From: Candidatus Velthaea sp.
GTDB taxonomy: Bacteria; Vulcanimicrobiota; Vulcanimicrobiia; Vulcanimicrobiales; Vulcanimicrobiaceae
Reading direction: 5' to 3'
Assembly: GCA_965214935.1 (NCBI GenBank)
Contig: CBDCCS010000010.1
Span: 96,001 to 160,000, forward strand
DNA: 64,000 nt
The first letter of the stretch is position 1. Every line of letters starts with the position of its first letter. The notes beneath the pieces were generated by a model. It made no database searches. It was not told the origin of the DNA and saw nothing but the letters and a program-made list of their open reading frames with translations. This document shows, one piece after another, positions 26,431 to 36,275 of this stretch. Both the position numbers and the translations under genes were made by a program.

Positions 26431-27476
26431 GGTTCTTGGATTGCGATGCCGTTGAGGTGCCGCCGGAGCTCGGATACGGTCGTATAGACGATGCGCCGGG
26501 TCCGGTTGATGTTCCCGATCGGACGGTGTTCGGGCGCACCGTGCCATGGATTAAATGCCAAGTTCTCGGCGAGTGCATCGCGCTCGGGGCAGGCGAAATG
26601 TTGTTGAGGAATCGCGATCGTGGCAACCTTCACGAACGGCGCGTCGGTCTCTTTCCATTCGACGCGCGAATCTTCAACCAACATCGCGTCCGAGCTGCGC
26701 GGCTGCACCAGAAAGTCGAACGTTACACTAGTGCCGTCGAGCGCCGCAATCATTGCATCGCGCAGATAGTGCCGCTCCGTGCGCGCCGGCTTCGCGAGCG
26801 GCGTAACCGTGCGCGGAATCGCCGAATACTTCACGGCTTGCTTATAGGGCGCGTTCCCTAGCCGGTACGGTACGGCCGACCAGTAGCGAACCGCAAGCGG
26901 ATTCGATATGCGTGCCGATTCCATCCGGCGTCCGATCAGCAATCCGCGAAGCCCAAGTGCGAGCGGCGCCGTCAAGCGCACGAACGGATTCGCATCGGCC
27001 TGGCGTTTGACGAAGCGCAGGTAGCCGGCCGAGTCGGAGGCGGCAAAGACCGGACTATCGAGCAAAATAAAGTCTTGGGTTGTCGGTCCGCCCGGCGCAT
27101 CGCCGGCCAGGCCCACGAGCTTGATGGCCATGGCGTGAACGTCGGTCTTGCCGTCCGGCTGCCCGACGTTGGCGGTTGCGTTCGAGAAACGGATCCAAGC
27201 TGCGTACGTCTTGCCCGGAACGAAGACGCCTTGAGCGAGCTGAACGGGCAGCCCAAGTTCGACGGTAAATTCGGCGGCGACGCAGCCGTGAGCCCGGACA
27301 TGGACGTCGCGCCGCGCGGGCGCGCCGGTTCGAACGAACTGCCGGCAGACGCCGCGCGCGATGACGGCGGCAATCTGCCGCGCTTGTTCTTCTTCGCCCG
27401 GCTGCAATTCCTCGCCGATTTCCGGGTCGATTTCGCAATAATCGCCGGCCGGCACATGCGCGTCGTGCTGATCCAT
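26427..27476 (-). CDS. Catalase-related haem protein (mini-catalase fold)
   Basis: RDVHVRAHGC distal His, IRFSN, FNPWH, HRPIGNINRTRRIVY proximal Tyr. Confidence 0.82.
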   Translation of the reverse strand: MDQHDAHVPAGDYCEIDPEIGEELQPGEEEQARQIAAVIARGVCRQFVRTGAPARRDVHVRAHGCVAAEFTVELGLPVQLAQGVFVPGKTYAAWIRFSNATANVGQPDGKTDVHAMAIKLVGLAGDAPGGPTTQDFILLDSPVFAASDSAGYLRFVKRQADANPFVRLTAPLALGLRGLLIGRRMESARISNPLAVRYWSAVPYRLGNAPYKQAVKYSAIPRTVTPLAKPARTERHYLRDAMIAALDGTSVTFDFLVQPRSSDAMLVEDSRVEWKETDAPFVKVATIAIPQQHFACPERDALAENLAFNPWHGAPEHRPIGNINRTRRIVYTTVSELRRHLNGIAIQEP

Positions 27477-27571
27477 ACGTCCTTTGCTTTTACTCGTTCG
27501 CAGTGTTGCCGTCAGTCACCGACGATGGTCGTGCGCGTCGCGACCTCTACCGGTGTCACGCATGCCTTTCG

Positions 27572-29017
27572 TCAGGGTAACGCCGATAAATACGTAAGTG
27601 CCTTTAAGCCCGGTAAGAAAAAGTATGCGCCGCCACGCGTGGTAACAAAGCGCGGCACGCTTTTGATTCGGTTGCGTAGCGGTTCGCGCGGAACGGTAAA
27701 GACGGCCGAGCCGCTCTGCGTACCCAGGAGCGGGTCAACTTCGTTCGACAAGCCGCCGAACGTGCCGTTATTGAGCCACGTCTGATGAATGAACTCGAAC
27801 TGCCGCTCGATGTCGCTATTCAAGCAGATGAAAATGAGTCCGCGCGAGCGGCGGTCGTCGACGAGCACATTCTCGATCCGCGGACCGTACGGACGTCCGC
27901 GCCGCAAGATGCGATGCCGATTCGACCGGGTCAGCGATTGCCGCGGGCTGTCATTCTTGAAGCCGTCGCGCGGATTGGCGCGACGCATATGCGAGCCGAC
28001 CGGGCACCGCAGACCGTCGCGATCGCCGGCATAACCGAACGCGTTCGCATCGTGCAGCGCCGCGTCGTCTCGATCCGGCGATAGAACCAGCGGTGCGCCG
28101 CCGGGCCAGCGCCCGACGATTTTTGCCGCAAGCCCTTCGCGTGCTTGGACGTCGCTGCCGCGCGGTCCACGGGTGGACGCATCGAGAAATTGCCAAAACC
28201 CCGCGACGTCTTGCTCGAGTTGACGCAGAACCAGATACGTCCCGTTTCGTCCGAAGTCGCGCTCGCCCGGCCCCGCAGCCGGCAACACCTGGTGTACGTC
28301 GCTGGCTGCCGCGACGAGCGGCGTCGCCGGCGCAGCTGCGTACTCATTGTCGTAGCCTAGAATGAATTCGCCGGCTGCTACGTCGTTCGCAGCGTTCGTG
28401 CGGCGGCGCGCCGGTTCGCTCGTACGCTCGTCGCGGATCGCCGGTTGCGCGATACCGTCGGAAAATCCGAAATGTTCGCGCCCATCGGCATGCCGTTCGC
28501 CGATCAGCGGATCGATGATCTCCTGCAGTCCGCCGGGAGCAAAACGCTCGCGCTGTGTTGCGACGGCGCGATCGAGCAGCGTGTGCGTGGGCGCAAAGAC
28601 CATCAGCACGATATGGACTGCGCCCGGACCGGCGCCCCACGTCCAGCGATCGGGTGCACTTTCATCAGTGTCGCCAAGCACCGCTGCGCGCCGCTGCGAC
28701 GCCATGCCGTCAACGAACGCGAGCGGAAACGCGCCGGCCCGTCCATCGATGCCGAGCGTCTCCAAGCCGGCGTAGGTGAACGCGACATTGGTACCGCGAT
28801 GATGATCTTTGCCGGTTGCCGTCGTAATTTGCCCGGCCAACGCGGCCAACCAGCCTTTGGCTCGCGCCGGATCGTCGATGCGCAAGATAATGGTAGCCGA
28901 CCAGTCGAGATGACCGTACGCACTTAATAACATGCCTTGAATGTCGGCGCGCTCGAGACGGCTCGGAACGTTGCCTTTGAGCGCAACATTGCGTTTCAAT
29001 TGAGGAGCCGCAGCCAT
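27572..29017 (-). CDS. Dyp-type peroxidase (start 29017 or TTG 28999)
   Basis: DIQG, EHFGFSDGIAQP, SHMRRANPR, ILRRGRPYG, QFEFI, GGAYFFLP. Confidence 0.9.
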   Translation of the reverse strand: MAAAPQLKRNVALKGNVPSRLERADIQGMLLSAYGHLDWSATIILRIDDPARAKGWLAALAGQITTATGKDHHRGTNVAFTYAGLETLGIDGRAGAFPLAFVDGMASQRRAAVLGDTDESAPDRWTWGAGPGAVHIVLMVFAPTHTLLDRAVATQRERFAPGGLQEIIDPLIGERHADGREHFGFSDGIAQPAIRDERTSEPARRRTNAANDVAAGEFILGYDNEYAAAPATPLVAAASDVHQVLPAAGPGERDFGRNGTYLVLRQLEQDVAGFWQFLDASTRGPRGSDVQAREGLAAKIVGRWPGGAPLVLSPDRDDAALHDANAFGYAGDRDGLRCPVGSHMRRANPRDGFKNDSPRQSLTRSNRHRILRRGRPYGPRIENVLVDDRRSRGLIFICLNSDIERQFEFIHQTWLNNGTFGGLSNEVDPLLGTQSGSAVFTVPREPLRNRIKSVPRFVTTRGGAYFFLPGLKALTYLSALP

Positions 29018-30306
29018 TTCGCGGCATCGAAGCGAGCGGCGGACGGCCGGAGGCCATCGCAGATTGCGGAGTTTTTCTCGATCGCCGCTACCGCCAGAGC
29101 CGGGTACGCGCTATACCAAACGTTGGTGTATGCTTGTGTTTTGCGCGCGATTGCCTTGAAGCTGCGCTCGTCTCGTGCGCCGTCGAGAAAGAGATACCGC
29201 GTGCGGGGAAAGTCGCGCGTATTGCTCCAGATTGCCGTTAAACCGAGCGCTGCTTTTTCGATAAAATCATCGAGATAGTTTTCCCACGAACCATCGTAGT
29301 TCGTTAAGAAGAGCAGCCGCGTATCGTTATCGATCAGCGCCCACTGCGCGAAGTGCAGGCTGTCGAGTCCGAGCAGCCGGCCCTTGGTCGAGATGCGCGC
29401 GACGATATTGGCAGCAGAGAGGATTGTCTTGAGCGTGCGGCGCCGGAATGCACAGGGTTTGACGTAACATAAGCTCGCCATATGATTTTGTACGATCTGA
29501 TCTTCGCGTCCGGATAAGGCTCGTAATTGGCTCGCTGCCGGCTGCCCAGCCGCGATCGGATCGCGGATCTCGTGCCGGCGCAAGACGGCTACAAAAACAG
29601 CAAACGGAAGCCAAGCGATCGTGACTGCGCCAAGCGCGGTCGCAACCAGACCGAGCGCTGCCGTCCAGCGCGAGAGACGTTGTTCGGGCGTTAGCCGGGG
29701 CGCCCGATGCGCGAGCCAATCGTATTGCGGCATTCCGCGAACGAAGCTGCGTACGTCGGCGGCGATCGTATCGGCCGTCGTGTTTGCGTTGGGAACTACG
29801 GCGTCAAGGTAGTCTTGTACGTGTTCGACGAGAGCAGCTTCGTCACGGATGCGACGTGCCGAACGGCCGACGTTACCGACGAACGCCGTCGCTGCGCTTA
29901 CAAAGCGATCGCCGATATACCGCCGAAGATACTGCGGATCGTAGCCGTTCGATTGGTATTCGATGCAGAAGTCGTAGATTGAATGCAGTACCGGCCCGGC
30001 GAGCGCGCTCGTGCAAAGTGCATCGAGATACGTTTCGGGTGCACCGTCGATGTTACTTTCGAAGACGAGAATCGGGCCGAAAGACGCGTCGTCAAAGATG
30101 GTAAAACTGCAAAAGTGCAGCATCTCGAACGAATCGAAGGGTAACGCGGCGCGTAGCGTGATCGCGTCGTCGATACGCTGCAACTGCGCTCGCGCGGCAT
30201 CGATACGCAGCGGATCGGCTTTTGCAATAATGGTAAAGATGCTTTGGCCGATCGCCGTTCGTGCGTTTGCCTCGCGCTCGTGCAGCGCTGATGTCGGTAG
30301 AGCCAT
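28996..30306 (-). CDS. Uncharacterised DyP-associated membrane protein with internal domain duplication
   Basis: Two HF...F.[ST]N.DG..E.YL units separated by a hydrophobic segment; 3' end overlaps dyp. Confidence 0.75.
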   Translation of the reverse strand: MALPTSALHEREANARTAIGQSIFTIIAKADPLRIDAARAQLQRIDDAITLRAALPFDSFEMLHFCSFTIFDDASFGPILVFESNIDGAPETYLDALCTSALAGPVLHSIYDFCIEYQSNGYDPQYLRRYIGDRFVSAATAFVGNVGRSARRIRDEAALVEHVQDYLDAVVPNANTTADTIAADVRSFVRGMPQYDWLAHRAPRLTPEQRLSRWTAALGLVATALGAVTIAWLPFAVFVAVLRRHEIRDPIAAGQPAASQLRALSGREDQIVQNHMASLCYVKPCAFRRRTLKTILSAANIVARISTKGRLLGLDSLHFAQWALIDNDTRLLFLTNYDGSWENYLDDFIEKAALGLTAIWSNTRDFPRTRYLFLDGARDERSFKAIARKTQAYTNVWYSAYPALAVAAIEKNSAICDGLRPSAARFDAAKWLRLLN

Positions 30307-30489
30307 GGCCCGAGTATCGACCAATCGTCGAAGCCGCCGAAGTGACCAAAGTACCGCCGCGGCAGGTTTCCCGCTGCAAGGATATCGATTGCAACTATCG
30401 AGTGACCGTTCGAGCGGTTTCAGCGCCGGCACCGGCGACAGCTGCGCTGCACGGAGGAATTGTTTTCCCGTAACCGTGAACCGAGCGCT

Positions 30490-32028
30490 GTGGCCGTTGA
30501 TCGCGCAGCCGTAGTTTCGCAAACGATACCGCTGCTGGCAGCGCGCAATCTCTCAAAAGGTTTCCCCGGCGTGCAAGCGCTCAATGATGTGAGCCTCACG
30601 GTCGAACGCGGCGAAGTGCACTGTCTGCTCGGTCAGAACGGTGCCGGTAAAAGCACGCTTATCAAGATTTTGGCCGGCGCTCAGCCGCCCGATCGCGGCG
30701 AGCTCGTCTGGTGTGGCGAGACCGTCACGTTGCGCGAACCGACGGCAGCGCTGGCGCGCGGCATCGCAACGATCTACCAAGAGCTCGATCTCATCGGCGG
30801 CTTGTCGGTCGCCGACAACATTTTTTTAGGGCATGAACCGCAGCATCTTGGCTTCTCCAAGCGCCGTGCGATCGTCGCGGGCGCACGCGCGCTACTGGCC
30901 CGACTGGGCTGTGCGGACATCGATGCGGACGCCATCGTCGAAACGCTTTCGGCGGCGCAACAGCAGCTCGTGAGCGTTGCGCGGGCGTTATCGTATTCTG
31001 CCCGCCTCTTGATCATGGACGAGCCGACCGCCGTGCTCGACCGCGGCGAAGTCGACACGCTGTTTCGCGTGATTCGCGAGCTAGCTGCCGACGGCGTTGC
31101 CATCGTGTACATCTCGCACCGGCTCGATGAAATTCGCAAAATCGGCAACGTCGTGACCGTGCTCAAAGACGGCCGATCGATCGGCGAACGCTTACCGGCG
31201 GCCACGACCCCGACTTCACAGCTCGTGCAGTTGATGACCGGACGCAGCGTCGAGTATCCGTTCCCGGCGCGACCGCCCGTCCCATCGCCCGACACGCGAT
31301 CCGCCGTTCTGGAAGTAACGCAGCTCGGGTGCGCCGGTGCGTTCAGCGACATCTCGTTTACGGTGCGGGAAGGCGAGATCGTCGGGCTGGCCGGCTTAGT
31401 CGGTTCGGGCCGTTCCGAATTGCTCGAGACCATTTATGGTGCGCGGCATCCGACGAGCGGCAGCGTCCGGATTCGCGGGACGGCGCTGCGTGCCGGATCG
31501 ACGGAGTCGGCGGTTGCGCGCGGCGTCGGATTGGCACCCGAAGAACGCAAACGTCAAGCGTTGCTGCTCGACGACAGCGTCTTTCATAACGTCTCGCTGC
31601 CGTCGTTACGGCGCTTCGCGCGCGCCGGTTTGATCGACGGCCGTCAAGAGCTCGCGGCGGTAACGACCGTGACGAATTCACTCGACGTACGGCCGGCGGA
31701 CCCGCGGCGCGTCGTGCGCGAACTGTCCGGCGGCAATCAACAGAAGGTCGTCGTCGCACGCTGGCTGTTGCGCGGCTGCGCGCTGTTGATGCTCGACGAA
31801 CCGACGCGCGGCGTCGACGTTGGAGCGCGCGCCGATCTTTATGCACTCGTTCGCGGGCTGGCCGCCGACGGCATTGGTATACTCCTGGTCTCTAGCGAGA
31901 TACCCGAGGTCTTGGGACTTGCCGATCGCGTCCTCGTCATGCGCGAAGGACGCGTCATGTATGAAACGCCCGCCGAGCAGCTTGATGAAGCGCGCGTACT
32001 CGATCTCATCATGGCCGGGCATGCATGA
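30490..32028 (+). CDS. Sugar ABC transporter ATP-binding protein (RbsA type)
   Basis: GQNGAGKST, MDEPT, LSGGNQQK, DEPTRGVDVGA. Confidence 0.93.
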   Translation: MAVDRAAVVSQTIPLLAARNLSKGFPGVQALNDVSLTVERGEVHCLLGQNGAGKSTLIKILAGAQPPDRGELVWCGETVTLREPTAALARGIATIYQELDLIGGLSVADNIFLGHEPQHLGFSKRRAIVAGARALLARLGCADIDADAIVETLSAAQQQLVSVARALSYSARLLIMDEPTAVLDRGEVDTLFRVIRELAADGVAIVYISHRLDEIRKIGNVVTVLKDGRSIGERLPAATTPTSQLVQLMTGRSVEYPFPARPPVPSPDTRSAVLEVTQLGCAGAFSDISFTVREGEIVGLAGLVGSGRSELLETIYGARHPTSGSVRIRGTALRAGSTESAVARGVGLAPEERKRQALLLDDSVFHNVSLPSLRRFARAGLIDGRQELAAVTTVTNSLDVRPADPRRVVRELSGGNQQKVVVARWLLRGCALLMLDEPTRGVDVGARADLYALVRGLAADGIGILLVSSEIPEVLGLADRVLVMREGRVMYETPAEQLDEARVLDLIMAGHA

Positions 32029-32999
32029 GTAGCCCGATCGTGGCCGCCGCACCGCCGCGTTCGTTACGGAAGCGGCTGTTTGCAGCGCACAACATCGGCT
32101 TGATCGGCGCCTTCATCGCGATCGTCGCCGCCGGTTCCGTCCTGTCGCCGTATTTTCTCACCGCATCGAACGCGTTGACGATCCTTACCACGGCGTCCGT
32201 GATCGGCGTCATTTCGGTCGGCATGACGTTCATCATTCTGGCCGGCGGAATCGATTTGTCGGTCGGGGCGATCGTCGCACTTGCAGGCGTCTGCGCGACA
32301 ACCGCCGGCAGCCAGTCGCTGGGGTGGCTGGCAATGGTTGCGATTTGCATCGGCGTCGCCGCCGTCGTCGGTCTGCTCAACGGGGTGCTCATCGCGTACG
32401 GCCGGATGGTACCGTTCATTGCGACGCTCGCGATGCTCGTCGCGGCACGCGGTCTGGCACAACATATATCGGGCGGCGTTCCGCAAACCGTCAACGACCC
32501 AACCTTTAATGACATCGGGTCGGCGCTGGTGTTCGGAATTCCGCTACCCGTGCTCGTCTTTGCCGCCGTCGTTGCAATCGGTTGGGTTGCGCTCAATCGC
32601 ACGACCTTTGGCCGGCGCACCGTTGCGATCGGGGGAAATCCCGAAGCGAGCCGTCTTGCGGGCATCAACGTCGCGCGCCAAACGCTCGTGCTCTACGTCA
32701 TCTCCGGGCTCTGCGCCGGTATTGCAAGCGTGCTGCTGACCGCAAGATTGACATCGGGTTCCAATGATGTGGGCAACTTGTACGAACTCGATGCAATCGC
32801 CGCAGTCATCATCGGCGGAACACGGTTGTCGGGCGGCCGCGGCACGCTGGCGGGTTCTATCGTCGGCGTGTTGATATTCACGCTCATTAGCAATATCTTC
32901 GTGCTCGAAAATTTACCGTCCGATATCCAAAGCATCGCCAAAGGCGTCATTATCGTCGCCGCGGTGTTGCTGCAGCGCCGTAGCGCTTCCTCAAGATAA
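32025..32999 (+). CDS. Sugar ABC transporter permease (RbsC type)
   Basis: GGIDLSVG, PFIATL, YELDAIAAVIIGGT. Confidence 0.93.
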   Translation: MSSPIVAAAPPRSLRKRLFAAHNIGLIGAFIAIVAAGSVLSPYFLTASNALTILTTASVIGVISVGMTFIILAGGIDLSVGAIVALAGVCATTAGSQSLGWLAMVAICIGVAAVVGLLNGVLIAYGRMVPFIATLAMLVAARGLAQHISGGVPQTVNDPTFNDIGSALVFGIPLPVLVFAAVVAIGWVALNRTTFGRRTVAIGGNPEASRLAGINVARQTLVLYVISGLCAGIASVLLTARLTSGSNDVGNLYELDAIAAVIIGGTRLSGGRGTLAGSIVGVLIFTLISNIFVLENLPSDIQSIAKGVIIVAAVLLQRRSASSR

Positions 33000-33020
33000 C
33001 ATCAAGCGAAAGGTCACATT

Positions 33021-34007
33021 GTGAAAAGAATCGAGCTCGTGCAAAGTGCTGCGGTCGCGGCTGCCGGAATTGCGTTTAGCGGAGCGGCCACGCTCGCCGT
33101 CAGCGGGATGGCTGCGGCGCAGACCGGTAAAAAGATCCATGTCGGTTTCTCAGCACCGGGTGCCAATCACGGCTGGCTGGCGGCAATCACGAGAAATGCC
33201 AAAACGGAAGCAGCGAAATATCCCGACGTCGACCTCGCGCTCACTGAAGGCAATTCGACATCGGCCGAACAGATCGGCCAAATTGAAACGTTGATCAACC
33301 GCAAGGTCGACGTGCTCGTGATCTTACCGCAAGAGGGTCAAGCCCTCACCGCGGTGGCGACCAAAGCAATGCGCGCCGGTATTCCGGTCGTCAATCTCGA
33401 TCGTATATTCAGTTCGCCGCTGGCCTATCGCACGTGGATCGGCGGCGATAATTACGGCATGGGCGTTTCGGCGGGTAATTACATCGGCCAAACACTCAAA
33501 AAAGGCAAAGTCGTCGAGATTGCCGGGCTTGATTCGTTGCAGTTGACCAAACAGCGCAGCGCCGGTTTTGCCGACGCGCTCAAAGGCTACCCCGGCATCA
33601 CCGTCGTTGCGCGGCAAGCTGCCGATTTCACACCCGACACCGGCGAACGCGTCATGGCAAACGTGCTGCAGGCGCAGCCGCATATCGACGCGGTATGGAA
33701 TCATGACGACGACCAAGGCATCGGCGTCGAAGCCGCGATTCGGAACGCTCACCGTTCGGAGTTTTTTATGGTCGGCGGCGCCGGATCGAAGCATGCGATG
33801 GATGTTATCCGGTCCGGCGGAATCATTAAAGCGACGGTATTGTATTCGCCCTCGATGGCAGCGTCGGCAATTAATTTGGCCCGCCTAATCGGGATGGGTC
33901 GCGGTCTTGCCGAGACCGCGGAAAAAGTCGTGCCGTCGTCGATCACCTTGTATTCCGCCGTCGTCACCAAAGACAATGTCGCGCAATATGCCGACGTCGG
34001 CTTCTAG
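33021..34007 (+). CDS. Sugar ABC transporter substrate-binding protein
   Basis: N-terminal signal; GIPVVNLDR, GGDNY, WNHDDD. Confidence 0.92.
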   Translation: MKRIELVQSAAVAAAGIAFSGAATLAVSGMAAAQTGKKIHVGFSAPGANHGWLAAITRNAKTEAAKYPDVDLALTEGNSTSAEQIGQIETLINRKVDVLVILPQEGQALTAVATKAMRAGIPVVNLDRIFSSPLAYRTWIGGDNYGMGVSAGNYIGQTLKKGKVVEIAGLDSLQLTKQRSAGFADALKGYPGITVVARQAADFTPDTGERVMANVLQAQPHIDAVWNHDDDQGIGVEAAIRNAHRSEFFMVGGAGSKHAMDVIRSGGIIKATVLYSPSMAASAINLARLIGMGRGLAETAEKVVPSSITLYSAVVTKDNVAQYADVGF

Positions 34008-34039
34008 CTCCGCAGCGTGCGTTGGCCGGTGACGATCTG

Positions 34040-35254
34040 ATGGCGAGTCAAAAGCGCGAAATCAATGTCGCGATGGTCGGCTATGCCTTCATGGGCGCCG
34101 CGCACTCGCAAGCGTGGCGCAACGTCGGGCGGTTCTTCGACGTACCGCTGCAGCCGCGCATGGCCGTCATCGGCGGTCGCGATCCCGAGAAACTCGAACG
34201 CGCGGCGCAGCGTTTCGGCTGGGCTTCGACGGAGACCGATTGGGAGCGGCTTATCGCGCGCGAGGATGTCGACCTCGTCGACGTGTGCACGCCGGGATCA
34301 TCGCATGCGCCGATCGCAATTGCCGCACTGCGCGCCGGGAAACACGTGCTGTGTGAGAAGCCGCTCGCCAACAGCCTGGCGGAGGCCGAAGAGATGAGCC
34401 GCGCCGCCGACGCAGCCGCCGAACGCGGCGTTCGTTCGATGGTGGGGTTTAACTACCGTCGCGTTCCGGCCATTGCGTTGGCGCGTCAAATGATCGCCGG
34501 CGGGAAGCTTGGCACGATCCGGCACGTGCGCGCGGTGTATCTGCAAGACTGGATCGTCGACCCGCAGTTTCCGCTGGTGTGGCGTTTGCAAGCCGAGCAA
34601 GCCGGATCGGGTGCACTCGGCGATCTCGGCGCGCATATCATCGACGCGACGCAGTTCTTGTTGGGCGATCGCATCGCCGGCGTAAGCGCGCTGACCGAAA
34701 CCTTCATCAAGGATCGGCCGCTGCCCGCGGGCAGCGCCGCCGGCGGTTTGCAAGCGACAGGCACGCAACAGCGCGGTACCGTGACCGTTGACGACGCGGT
34801 GATCTTTCTCGCCCGATTCGCCGGCGGGGCACTTGCGACGTTCGAGGCGACGCGTTTTGCGACCGGTCGTAAGAATGGTCTAAAGATCGAGATCAACGGC
34901 GAGCGCGGCTCGCTAAGCTTCGATCTGGAAGCACTCAACGAATTACAACACTTCGACGCCGGCCTTCCGACCGGAGCGCAAGGCTTCACGCGCATCCTCG
35001 TCACCGAACCCGAGCATCCGTATATTGCCGCGTGGTGGCCGCCCGGTCATCTCATCGGCTACGAGCATAGCTTTACCCATGAGGTTCACGATCTGCTGAC
35101 CGCCATTGCCGACAACACGAATCCCGTTCCGTCGTTTCGCGACGGATTGCAAGTGCAACGCGTGCTCGACGCGGTCGGCCGCAGTGCCGGCGCAAACGCG
35201 GCCTGGACGACGATCGCCGATGACGCCGTTTTAACCGGAGGCTCGACTCGATGA
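34040..35254 (+). CDS. Gfo/Idh/MocA family oxidoreductase
   Basis: [35 protein letters not shown]. Confidence 0.93.
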   Translation: MASQKREINVAMVGYAFMGAAHSQAWRNVGRFFDVPLQPRMAVIGGRDPEKLERAAQRFGWASTETDWERLIAREDVDLVDVCTPGSSHAPIAIAALRAGKHVLCEKPLANSLAEAEEMSRAADAAAERGVRSMVGFNYRRVPAIALARQMIAGGKLGTIRHVRAVYLQDWIVDPQFPLVWRLQAEQAGSGALGDLGAHIIDATQFLLGDRIAGVSALTETFIKDRPLPAGSAAGGLQATGTQQRGTVTVDDAVIFLARFAGGALATFEATRFATGRKNGLKIEINGERGSLSFDLEALNELQHFDAGLPTGAQGFTRILVTEPEHPYIAAWWPPGHLIGYEHSFTHEVHDLLTAIADNTNPVPSFRDGLQVQRVLDAVGRSAGANAAWTTIADDAVLTGGSTR

Positions 35255-36255
35255 GACCGATGACGCTTTTTACCGGACAATGGGCCGATCTGCCCCTACG
35301 CGTCGTGTGCGAAAAAGCCGCGGCTTGGGGCTACGATGGGCTCGAACTTGCGTGTTGGGGCGATCATTTCGAGGTCGATAAAGCACTTGCCGACGATGCG
35401 TACGTAACGGAAAAACGCCGGCTGCTCGAATCCTACGGTTTGGGCTGCTGGATCATCTCAAATCATTTGGTCGGCCAAGCAGTTTGCGATCATCCGATCG
35501 ATCTGCGACACAAGAACATCTTGCCGGCACGGATCTGGGGCGACGGCGATCCTGAAGGCGTTCGGCGGCGCGCCGCCGAGGAGATGAAAGATACCGCTCG
35601 CGCCGCTGCAAAATTCGGCGTGAAAACCGTCGTTGGTTTTACCGGCTCGAAGATCTGGATTACGCTGGCGGGTTTCCCGCCGGTTCCGCCGGAGATGATC
35701 GACGACGGCTACAAAGATTTTGCCGATCGCTGGAATCCGATTGTCGACGTCTTCGATTCAGTCGGCGTTCGGTTCGCGCATGAGGTGCATCCCTCCGAGA
35801 TTGCCTACGATTATTGGACGACGAAACGTGCACTCGAAGCGGTCGGCAACCGGCCGGGGTTCGGCTTAAACTTCGATCCCAGTCATTTTATCTGGCAAGA
35901 TCTCGATCCGATCGGTTTCTTGCGTGATTTCGCGGACCGCATTTATCATGTCGATTGCAAAGAATCGGTCCGCCACTTCGACGGGCGGAATGGACGCTTG
36001 TCCTCGCATCTTCCGTTCGGCGATCTGCGCCGCGGTTGGGATTTTGTCTCGGTCGGCCACGGCGACGTACCGTGGGAGCATTGTTTTCGCCAACTCAATG
36101 CCATCGGCTATGACGGCCCGATTTCCGTGGAGTGGGAAGACTCGGGCATGGACCGCGAACTTGGTGCGCCCGAAGCGCTCGCGTTTTTGCGTAAGCTCAA
36201 TTTTACTCCGCCTGCGACGGCGTTCGATGCCGCATTCGCGAGCTCGAGCGCGTAG
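35251..36255 (+). CDS. Xylose-isomerase-like TIM-barrel protein (sugar phosphate isomerase/epimerase family)
   Basis: [48 protein letters not shown]. Confidence 0.9.
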   Translation: MRPMTLFTGQWADLPLRVVCEKAAAWGYDGLELACWGDHFEVDKALADDAYVTEKRRLLESYGLGCWIISNHLVGQAVCDHPIDLRHKNILPARIWGDGDPEGVRRRAAEEMKDTARAAAKFGVKTVVGFTGSKIWITLAGFPPVPPEMIDDGYKDFADRWNPIVDVFDSVGVRFAHEVHPSEIAYDYWTTKRALEAVGNRPGFGLNFDPSHFIWQDLDPIGFLRDFADRIYHVDCKESVRHFDGRNGRLSSHLPFGDLRRGWDFVSVGHGDVPWEHCFRQLNAIGYDGPISVEWEDSGMDRELGAPEALAFLRKLNFTPPATAFDAAFASSSA

Positions 36256-36275
36256 CGCTTCTCCCGGAGCTTCTG

